A stretch of DNA of 52,253 nt from NCBI GenBank assembly GCA_026413625.1, contig JAOAKO010000004.1, positions 1 to 52,253 on the forward strand, given 5' to 3'. Of this stretch, positions 25,587-33,184 are shown piece after piece. Position numbers and translations under genes: made by a program. The DNA is from Candidatus Micrarchaeota archaeon (lineage in GTDB: Archaea; Micrarchaeota; Micrarchaeia; CABMEP01). The notes below the pieces were generated by a model that had not been told where the DNA came from, did not search any database, and worked only from the letters and a program-made list of their open reading frames with translations. Positions within the stretch are counted from its first letter, which is position 1. Each line of letters opens with the position of its first letter.

Positions 25587-26687
25587 TTACTGCTTAGCTG
25601 TTTTGATTTTTATTCCATCTTTAGTCAGTTCAAGATTATTTTTCTTAAGGAATTCTTCCATTTCTTGCTTGTTTCCTTTTTTCCTTATCTCTTTATATTG
25701 CTCTATGATCTTTGTCACTTCATGTCCGTGCTGGATTATCCATTCACCTTTCCTTTTTTCTTCTTCTATCTGGGATTCGAGATTCTTCATTCTCTCTTCC
25801 TGATGCTTTAATCTGTCAAGAAGCTTTTCCATTCGTTTTCCTTTTTCCTTTTCTTTCGCTAGATTCTCTTTCTTAGTGTAGGATTGCAAAAGTTCATTAG
25901 ACATGCTTGTTTCTTTCCATCCCGAAAGCCTCCTAAGCATCTGTTCGTCAGCCAAAAAAACTTCATTTTGATAGGAAATCGGCTTTGCGTTTGATTCTGT
26001 TACATCTTTATAAAATCCATCTATTCTCTTAGCAATCTCTTTTCTTTTGTCATCTTTGAGTTCGCTAACTTTTTTCTTTGGATCCAATCCTTCGGATTCA
26101 AATATCTTATTTACATAGAATGCAGGGAAAGACACTCTTTTTGTTATCGCAACCACTATCTTTTCATTTTGCATTTCCTTATCGTTTAAAGCCTCCAATA
26201 TGGTTTCAAATTTAACTCCTTTTTTCTCATTTTTTGGAGGAGCATAGACGGCGCCTATTTCAAGAGCGCGGTCCCTTTCGGCTATCCTGCTCTTAAGGTT
26301 CTTTATTTTTCCCTCTGAAATCAAAATAACATTTCCCTTTTTTGTGCATTCCAATATCAATGAAGCGGAATCAAATTCCAGTTCTATTATCCTATCGTTG
26401 TTAAGCTGCTTCACTGACTTTAAAAGCCTATTCAAAAGCAGATTTTTTACTGAGCTCGCAAAGGGGGTATTCTCCGCTTCAGTCTTTTCGCTTTCCCGTA
26501 AAAAGAGATATTCTGGAGGAAAGAATACAACGTCCTTTTTACCGATCTTTGTCTTAAATTTAATTATTATTCTTTCCCCTAAATCATAGAATTGATCAAG
26601 CCTTGCCTGATTCTGAACGAGCTCTCTTTCCATATCTTTGGCAATCCAAAGAATGTCAAGATTAGTGAGCTCCCTCTGGCTTTCCAT
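25587..26687 (-). CDS. NFACT-N domain protein (short Rqc2/FbpA-like)
   Basis: The N-terminus LTNLDILWIAKDMERELVQNQARLDQFYDLGERIIIKFK follows the NFACT-N pattern, and the C-terminal third is coiled coil. I cannot find the DUF814/NFACT-R motif. Confidence 0.55.
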   Translation of the reverse strand: MESQRELTNLDILWIAKDMERELVQNQARLDQFYDLGERIIIKFKTKIGKKDVVFFPPEYLFLRESEKTEAENTPFASSVKNLLLNRLLKSVKQLNNDRIIELEFDSASLILECTKKGNVILISEGKIKNLKSRIAERDRALEIGAVYAPPKNEKKGVKFETILEALNDKEMQNEKIVVAITKRVSFPAFYVNKIFESEGLDPKKKVSELKDDKRKEIAKRIDGFYKDVTESNAKPISYQNEVFLADEQMLRRLSGWKETSMSNELLQSYTKKENLAKEKEKGKRMEKLLDRLKHQEERMKNLESQIEEEKRKGEWIIQHGHEVTKIIEQYKEIRKKGNKQEMEEFLKKNNLELTKDGIKIKTAKQ

Positions 26688-26713
26688 TTTCTCTCCTTGA
26701 ATATAAAGAACAC

Positions 26714-27892
26714 TCAGTGCAGGAGCATTCCCTCAACAGTTTTTCTTATCCAGTCTTTTGAATATAGAAGCCTTATCAAGGTAGAGTGCCCTCTTATTCC
26801 CTTTCCGGAACTGATAGTCTCAACCAATCCTAATGCCTCAAGTTCTTTGATGTATTCCTTGCACCATCTTGAAGACCTTACCTCGCGTTTCAGCTCCTTG
26901 CAAGTTTTCTGATATGCTTCGTATAGCTCTCCCATCATAAAATACTCGTCATTTTCTTCGTTTAGCTTCTGATACTTGCTGCCCCTTATGGAAAGCAGTG
27001 CGAGGGAGTATAAGACTAGCTGCTGATGCTCCGGAAGTGTGGCAACCGCTTCCATTACTAAATCCTTCTCCACGCTCTTCCTTGCCTCTTCCACATGCCT
27101 GTATGTAACAACATCATCCTTTCTTTCGTCCGCTATTTCTCCAGCGTACATTAAAAGCTTTAATGCGTATCTGGCGTCTCCAGTTTCTCTTGCCGCAATC
27201 GCAGCCGCAAGATTTATTGCGGATGTGTCGCATGAATTCTCATTGAATCCAAGATTAGCCCTATATGTGAGAATTTCCTTAAGCTGTTCTGAGTTGTAAG
27301 GGGGGAACACAACTTCAGATTCGAGCAGTGCGCTTTTGCTTCTGTTGTCAAGCTGATTCTTAAACGATATCTTGTTAGAGATCCCTATTATAGATATTCC
27401 GCCTGCCTTGAGCTCGTCGTTTGCCCTTGTAATAGTATAAATCAGCTCATTAAGATCTTTTATAACGTCAATTTCATCGAGAACTATGATTAGAAATCTA
27501 TTTCCGTTGTTAATCCAACTCATGATTCTTTCATAAAAATGAGAGGGGGGAAACCCGTTCTTTGAAAATCCAACTATGTCATTAGCAAGCTTTTGAAGTA
27601 TCTTATATCTTGTGTTGTACATTCTGCAGTTAATATAATTTATAATCCCATTAGAAGGAAGCTCTTTGAATTGTTTCATTATGTATTTAACGGATGAGGT
27701 TTTTCCGGTTCCGGTCTTTCCATATATAAAAACATTGTTTGGTCGTTTATTCTTAAAAACAGGTGCCATCACCCTCATGATTTTTTCAATTTCCTTTTCC
27801 CTGTGTATTATCTTTTCAGGAAGGTAATGCGGTGAAAGCGCATCTTTGTTTATGAAAACCGATTTTTCTGCAAGGATATCTTTGAAATTCAA
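26714..27892 (-). CDS. cdc6: Orc1/Cdc6 replication initiator
   Basis: Walker A VFIYGKTGTGKTS, Walker B IIVLDEID, sensor regions and a C-terminal winged helix. TTG start is supported by 'ggggtga' 4 nt upstream. Confidence 0.92.
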   Translation of the reverse strand: MNFKDILAEKSVFINKDALSPHYLPEKIIHREKEIEKIMRVMAPVFKNKRPNNVFIYGKTGTGKTSSVKYIMKQFKELPSNGIINYINCRMYNTRYKILQKLANDIVGFSKNGFPPSHFYERIMSWINNGNRFLIIVLDEIDVIKDLNELIYTITRANDELKAGGISIIGISNKISFKNQLDNRSKSALLESEVVFPPYNSEQLKEILTYRANLGFNENSCDTSAINLAAAIAARETGDARYALKLLMYAGEIADERKDDVVTYRHVEEARKSVEKDLVMEAVATLPEHQQLVLYSLALLSIRGSKYQKLNEENDEYFMMGELYEAYQKTCKELKREVRSSRWCKEYIKELEALGLVETISSGKGIRGHSTLIRLLYSKDWIRKTVEGMLLH

Positions 27893-28283
27893 GTGCTCAC
27901 CCCGATCAAAACCGTGTGAAGAGTGGTTTAATTTGAAGTTTATGCAGTTTATGAAGCTGTTCCACTTCCACTATTCGTATTTTAGCACCTTCCCATGGTC
28001 TCCCACAACCAACAGAAAGGATACGACGATAATTTTCAGCTCTTTTATAGTTTTAATTCCGAATTTTTTCCCACACGTTTTTGACAAAAAAATTTTGCTG
28101 TTTCTTGTTTTGAAAAGAAATATATAAAAAGCTATTTGTGGAAAAAAGTTTGTAAGAAGTAAATTTTTTCAAAATTTTTTTGCTTTTGCGCAAAAATTGT
28201 GAACAGTTGTTGAACCCATCTTGGGTTAAGCATTTAAATTTTACTTCTATAATCATCACTAGGCTTAAAACAAATGTTAATTT
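27893..28283. other. candidate replication origin (oriC) between cdc6 and pcn
   Basis: 391-nt non-coding spacer. ORB-like 'TTCCAC/TCCCACA' elements occur at 27961-27971, 28001-28007 and 28064-28075, with an inverted copy TGTGGAAAAAA at 28137-28147. The last two bracket a very AT-rich stretch of about 60 nt (28077-28136), a possible DUE. Also present are the 12-nt palindrome TTTTGCGCAAAA (28181-28192) and the hairpin AACCCAtctTGGGTT. Confidence 0.5.
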
Positions 28284-29069
28284 TTGATGTTTGTTCGAAT
28301 AGGTGATTTTATCTTCGAAATTACTCTTGACGACGCGAAATTGTGGAAGAAAAGCATGGATGCAATAGTGAATCTTGTAAAGGAAGGTTCGTTTGAGTTT
28401 GACAAAGACGGAATAAGGCTAATGGCCATGGATCCTTCCCAGATATCTATGTTGATATTTAACCTTCCAAGCTCAGCCTTTTCCAGCTATAATGTGTCTG
28501 AAAAGGCAAAATTGGGAATAAACATAGAGGAGTTCAGCAAGATAATGGGAAGAATGAGGACAAAAGAGAAAATGGTTCTCAAATATGACGGATCAAACAA
28601 GCTAGACGTTACATTTATCGCTGAAAAGAGCAGAAGGTCATTTAAGATTCCTATAATAGATGTTACGCCAGGTCCTTCCAAGGCACTACAGATAGAATAC
28701 AACACGCACGTAAAGATGAAGGCCGTGATATTTAAAGAGATATTAAAGGATGTCGCATTAATAAGTCCGCATGTGCTACTTGTTGCAGATGTAAAGAGAT
28801 TTAAGGTTGAAGCAACTGGAGACAATTCTGGAGTAGAAATTGATTATGAGGGAGACGTAGAGGTAAAGGCGGACGGAGTGACGCACGGATTGTTCTCAAG
28901 GGATTACTTAGATGATATGACTAAGGGAAGCGAAGACGATGCAGAATTGACAATTTATTTAGGATCCCCAACGCAAACAGACAAAAGGCCAAAGCCTTTG
29001 AAACTTGAATATAAAATCGGGCCTGCGTCTTTCATATACTTCTTAGCTCCAAGAATCGAGACTGACTAA
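28284..29069 (+). CDS. pcn: DNA polymerase sliding clamp PCNA
   Basis: FEITLDDAKLWKKSMDAIVNLVKEGSFEFDKDGIRLMAMDPSQISMLIFNL is the typical PCNA N-terminal fold pattern. Length about 260 aa. The likely start is the ATG at 28287. Confidence 0.9.
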   Translation: MMFVRIGDFIFEITLDDAKLWKKSMDAIVNLVKEGSFEFDKDGIRLMAMDPSQISMLIFNLPSSAFSSYNVSEKAKLGINIEEFSKIMGRMRTKEKMVLKYDGSNKLDVTFIAEKSRRSFKIPIIDVTPGPSKALQIEYNTHVKMKAVIFKEILKDVALISPHVLLVADVKRFKVEATGDNSGVEIDYEGDVEVKADGVTHGLFSRDYLDDMTKGSEDDAELTIYLGSPTQTDKRPKPLKLEYKIGPASFIYFLAPRIETD

Positions 29070-29116
29070 GGTTAATTTTTCGAAACCTTTAAATTCCCTG
29101 ACTGACATATTTTATT

Positions 29117-29959
29117 ATGCCTGAAAAGGAAAAAGAAGGTAAAAAGAGAATAGAGAGAGGAGAAGAAACAAAACAGAACAAACCATCACTCTGGAGCAGA
29201 ATAAAGAAGCCGTTGCTTACAGGAGTAATGGCAGCCGGGCTTTTAATTGCTCCAATGAAGAAGGCGGAAGGAGTAGGTTTCAAAGATATAAGAGGTCCGC
29301 CAATTTATATGGAGAGCGTAATCGAGAAGGATAAAGATTTAAGAACAGGATGGAAATTAATAAGAAAGGTATACGACGATCTAACAGGAAAAGAGATGGT
29401 AGACGATAATGTTGCCAAGTCATATCTGAAGTATGCAATAAACCATTATAAGAAAGTTTATGAAAAAACAGGTAAAGTTGGGGCTTTTTATTTATCTGCT
29501 TACGGAGAATATTTGAATTCACAATACGATCCAACTTTAGAGGGAACCGAAAAGATCTGCCTCGAAGTAGTAAAAGAAATGGATAAAATATTGGAAAAAA
29601 ACCCAAATGATTTTCATGCGTTAGATCTAAAGATATTTACTTATTTTAATCTCGCAAAGATGTATTACGATGCCCATAATTTAGATCCTCTTTATGTTAG
29701 AGAAAGGTGGATTGATTATGGAAAATTAGAAGAGGGTATCTATAAGAAAAAAGTTCGGGAATACGCCGATAAATTTTTCGAAATGTACAAAAAATTAGAT
29801 TTCAGCAAGATTGGGTTCAAATCATTCGATTTGGAAAAAGTCTATTCCGAGGAGGAAATCGCAAATGCGCTGAGGGATTATAAGTCTGGGCTTGCAGATT
29901 GCAATAAACTTATTTTGGAGATGTTGGATAAACTTAAGATGTTGGATAACCTTAAATAG
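29117..29959 (+). CDS. membrane-anchored hypothetical protein with a helical (TPR-like?) ectodomain
   Basis: Lys/Glu-rich N-terminus, one TM (LLTGVMAAGLLIAPM), then a helical Tyr/Lys-rich domain. No family recognised. Confidence 0.45.
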   Translation: MPEKEKEGKKRIERGEETKQNKPSLWSRIKKPLLTGVMAAGLLIAPMKKAEGVGFKDIRGPPIYMESVIEKDKDLRTGWKLIRKVYDDLTGKEMVDDNVAKSYLKYAINHYKKVYEKTGKVGAFYLSAYGEYLNSQYDPTLEGTEKICLEVVKEMDKILEKNPNDFHALDLKIFTYFNLAKMYYDAHNLDPLYVRERWIDYGKLEEGIYKKKVREYADKFFEMYKKLDFSKIGFKSFDLEKVYSEEEIANALRDYKSGLADCNKLILEMLDKLKMLDNLK

Positions 29960-29979
29960 TTTTATGGTAAATTTGATGC

Positions 29980-31827
29980 ATGTTGATACTGTTTCACTTA
30001 AATTCAAAGGAACCATATAATAATCAAAAATTTTCAATGCCAAATCTCTCTTCTTTTTCTAATCAAATTCCAGTTATTGTAAACACCACATCCGATGAAA
30101 TCCAGCATGTATTAGAAATGCTTAAGAAGGAAAATATCAAGATAGAGCTGGATGACATCTTTGAGAGGTTTATTGAAAGCAGGGAATTGGGAGAAGAGAA
30201 AGAAAGCGAAGAAGAGGAGGAGAAAGAGGAAGAGAAGTTAAAAGAAAAGGAATGGGGGGTGGAGGAAGAGGTTAAGGAGAAAGTTAAGGAGGCTGAAGAG
30301 AGGATAATCAAGATATTAGAAGAGTCATCCGAAAGGATAGCAGAGTTAATAGAGCAGGATATGCTGTCTACTGAAAATATTAAGGAAAATATAGAGATTT
30401 TATCCTCAGTATCGGAGTACATTGGGCTTAAAGAGGCTGTAGAAGAGATAGAGGAGAAGCTGAAAGAAGAAAAAGTAGAAGAGGCGATGGAAATAATAAG
30501 AGAGCAAAATGAAAGAATAAGGGAAGAGGCAGATAACTTAAAGGAAGCAATAGATAAAATTGAGGATCTGGAAAAGGAAAAGGCAGGAATAGGGAAGATA
30601 TCTGAGGAATTGAGCAAGCTTACTGAAAAGTCGCACCCATTGGATGAAGAGATAGAAAATATATCCGATGCCCTTAAGCACTTAAAAGAAGGCGGAGTGC
30701 TTTCAAAAGAAATAGCTGATTCGCTACTACAAGAGCTGAAGGCAAAACAGAAAATTCATGAAAATATAATCAAAAAGATAAGGGAAGCAGTAACAAGCAT
30801 AGAAAAAACTCCCGAGGAAAAGAGAGAGGCCGAGATAAAAGGCTTAATCAAAGAAATACGTCATGGAATAACTGAAATAGAGGCGTTGTCAAGAAGAATA
30901 GAGAGAATAACCTCAGAGGTAGTAAAAAACATAGAAAAGGAAATAGACAATTTTGTTCCAAAATTCTTCAGAAAGGAAGATCTTCACGAGGTAATCAAAA
31001 AAATATGGATAAATTCCACTATAGATTTCATAAGAGACAAAATAATGCGGGCGAGCATGAGAAAGGAGAGCGAAGAGAGAACTGAGAAAAGAGCGAAAAT
31101 CGAAGCCGAGGAAAAGTATTGGAGCGAAAAGCTCGCTTCTTTAATTCCAGAGTTAAATTCTCCGCTCCATATATTTGACAGAAAGCTGAAGTCCATATTA
31201 AAGCCAGCCGAATATAAAGAGGCTGTTTTACACTCCCACAGGGCATTGATTTCCTATCTGGACAAGTTCTCATACGAATTGGAGGAGATATACGTAAACT
31301 CGTTTGTCTTCGGCAAGAAGCAGCTTAGAGTGGAGCAGATTGTTGAGAATTTGGAAAAGAAGGCAGAAGCATTGAGTATATCTCAAAAAGACATTGCAAA
31401 GATCGAAAACCTGCTTGAAAAAAATGATTTGAAAGCACTTTCAGAATATATCGATGAATTAAAATTCAGCAAGATGCGTTCGAGAATATTAGTCAAAAAT
31501 AGAAGGAGGCATAGTAACAGTACAAGCAGAATGCTGATTAAGGATCTCTTGCAGCAGCTCTATGCCGCTAACTATCCTATATATTTAGCAAAGTCTCTCT
31601 CGAGTGCAGTGAAAGACGGGAAAAAAGCCGGCAAGAAAAATTCAGTCTCTGACCGCAGAAAAATAGAAATTTTAGTTAAGAATATACATAGCCAAATAAT
31701 GGAGATCGAAAAGGCAAAGTCACATGCCGCTTCCGACTCATTGAACAGATCGCATATTCATAATCTTGCCAAATGCCTTTCAAAAAGTTATATCTGTTTA
31801 GGATGCTGCGATAAACTTTCTTCCTAA
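29980..31827 (+). CDS. Glu/Lys-rich coiled-coil protein with a Cys-rich C-terminus, function unknown
   Basis: 615 aa with long EEKxKE-type heptads. The C-terminus is ...NLAKCLSKSYICLGCCDKLSS. The alternative start at 30037 (MPNLSS) cannot be excluded. Confidence 0.55.
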   Translation: MLILFHLNSKEPYNNQKFSMPNLSSFSNQIPVIVNTTSDEIQHVLEMLKKENIKIELDDIFERFIESRELGEEKESEEEEEKEEEKLKEKEWGVEEEVKEKVKEAEERIIKILEESSERIAELIEQDMLSTENIKENIEILSSVSEYIGLKEAVEEIEEKLKEEKVEEAMEIIREQNERIREEADNLKEAIDKIEDLEKEKAGIGKISEELSKLTEKSHPLDEEIENISDALKHLKEGGVLSKEIADSLLQELKAKQKIHENIIKKIREAVTSIEKTPEEKREAEIKGLIKEIRHGITEIEALSRRIERITSEVVKNIEKEIDNFVPKFFRKEDLHEVIKKIWINSTIDFIRDKIMRASMRKESEERTEKRAKIEAEEKYWSEKLASLIPELNSPLHIFDRKLKSILKPAEYKEAVLHSHRALISYLDKFSYELEEIYVNSFVFGKKQLRVEQIVENLEKKAEALSISQKDIAKIENLLEKNDLKALSEYIDELKFSKMRSRILVKNRRRHSNSTSRMLIKDLLQQLYAANYPIYLAKSLSSAVKDGKKAGKKNSVSDRRKIEILVKNIHSQIMEIEKAKSHAASDSLNRSHIHNLAKCLSKSYICLGCCDKLSS

Positions 31828-31858
31828 ATAGTGAAGAGAAATCTTTATATTTCTCATC

Positions 31859-33106
31859 ATGTTCTCTTATATTGCTGATATCATGGAATCTAAACTGTCT
31901 TCTTATGCCATAATCGGGGCTGGAGGTAAAGGGGAAAGAATGGGCTGCAACAAGCAGCTCCTGGAGCTAAAGGGAAAGCCGATAGTGATCAGAACATTGG
32001 AGGCATTCGACCAGCATCCTTTAGTTGACGGAATAATCCTTGTAAGGCCAGCAGAGCTTGAAAATGAATTCAGAAATCTAATCAAAAAATACGAAATCAA
32101 AAAGATTGCGGACATAGCAGATGCTGGCCCTGAGCGTCAGTATTCCATGTACAACGGCCTTCAGAAAGTCAAGAACTGCAGTGTTGTCTTGTTTCACAAT
32201 GGGGCAAATCCGCTTGTAACAGAAAGAGAAATAACCGAGTGCATAAAAGAGGCCTACAACCATGGGGCCGCAGTAGTTGCGTCTCCAGTCAAAGACACAA
32301 TAAAGAGAGTCAAAGATATGCTTGTAAAAGAAACGCTAAGGAGGTCTGAACTTTGGGCGATGCAGACGCCCCAAGCCATAAGATATGAAATCGCAGTAAA
32401 GGCATACGAACATGTGATAAAAGGAAATATTCAGTGTACGGACGATGTGCAAGCCGTAGAGCTCTTTGATAGTTCAGTCACAATTAAGATAGTCCAGGCG
32501 TCTCCGCAAAATATCAAACTCACCACCCCTGCGGACGTTTTGATTGCAGAGAGGTTTCTTGACCCAAGCGAGTCTAGGTCTTATTGCGAAACAGTATTTG
32601 GAATAGGGGAAGATTCGCATGAGTTTATGAAAGAAGCTGAAAAAATAGCAGAAGACAATGAAAAACAAATAAACAAGTGCCTTGTGCTTGGTGGAGTAGT
32701 AATCTCAAGCGAAATGGCATTCAAAGCAAACAGCGATGGAGATGCAGTTCTGCATGCGATCTCTAGGGCAATTCTTTCCGCAATAAACGGCCCATCCATA
32801 GATTTCTTTGCGGACGATCTCGCAAAGAAAGGGCAGATAGACAGCAGAATATATCTCAAATCTATTTTGGCATACTCAAAGGAAAAGGGCTTTGTTCCAA
32901 ACGAGGCAAGAATTATAATTGAGGCAGGAAAACCAAAATTAACATACCACTTGGAAAAGATAAAGGAAAACATAGCTTTTCTCCTTGGGATAGATAAAGA
33001 AAAGGTAGGTTTGGCAGTTCATTCAGGGGAGAAACTATCTCTTTTTGGTCATGGGAAGGGAGTAAGGGCATTCGCCTTTGTCTCAATGAAGAAGATAGGT
33101 AATTAA
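31859..33106 (+). CDS. ispDF: bifunctional IspD-like cytidylyltransferase / IspF-like cyclodiphosphate synthase fusion (divergent)
   Basis: N-terminal half: IIGAGGKGERMG..KQLL.L.GKPI, GPERQYS..NGL, WAMQTPQAI, TDD, NIKLTTPADVLIAE (IspD pattern). C-terminal half: GIGEDSHEF, SDGDAVLHAI, HSGEKLSLFGHGKGV (IspF pattern). The likely leaderless start is the ATG at 31883, with TATA 'ctttatatttc' at 31842-31852. Confidence 0.78.
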   Translation: MFSYIADIMESKLSSYAIIGAGGKGERMGCNKQLLELKGKPIVIRTLEAFDQHPLVDGIILVRPAELENEFRNLIKKYEIKKIADIADAGPERQYSMYNGLQKVKNCSVVLFHNGANPLVTEREITECIKEAYNHGAAVVASPVKDTIKRVKDMLVKETLRRSELWAMQTPQAIRYEIAVKAYEHVIKGNIQCTDDVQAVELFDSSVTIKIVQASPQNIKLTTPADVLIAERFLDPSESRSYCETVFGIGEDSHEFMKEAEKIAEDNEKQINKCLVLGGVVISSEMAFKANSDGDAVLHAISRAILSAINGPSIDFFADDLAKKGQIDSRIYLKSILAYSKEKGFVPNEARIIIEAGKPKLTYHLEKIKENIAFLLGIDKEKVGLAVHSGEKLSLFGHGKGVRAFAFVSMKKIGN

Positions 33107-33184
33107 ACCAACAGAATACGAATATAGAAATATTTAATAAATTTAATTTCCATATTTAATAGCTATTTATAAGATAGTGAGCGC

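Noticed and set aside
27846-28259. ORFs of 93 aa (plus strand) and 68 aa (minus strand) inside the cdc6-pcn spacer
   Set aside because: These are AT-rich, low-complexity translations in a region that has the organisation of a replication origin or promoter. There is no SD or TATA in the proper position and no recognisable protein features.
30063-30617. 184-aa Ser/Phe/Leu-rich antisense ORF, with similar ones at 34051-34503, 35296-35625, 35818-36201, 36912-37367, 8372-8908 and 9309-9793
   Set aside because: They are mirror images of GAA/AAG/GAG-rich coiled-coil coding sequence, which reads as TTC/CTT/CTC on the opposite strand. They are low complexity, lie fully inside well-supported CDS (SMC, DUF460, the coiled-coil proteins), and have no SD or TATA.
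31859-33106. IspDF as bacterial contamination or a chimeric contig
   Set aside because: Composition, promoter style and spacing match the neighbours, and archaeal genes flank it closely on both sides (a coiled-coil ORF and smc). The adapter at the contig end shows imperfect read cleaning, however, so read-level verification is still advisable.
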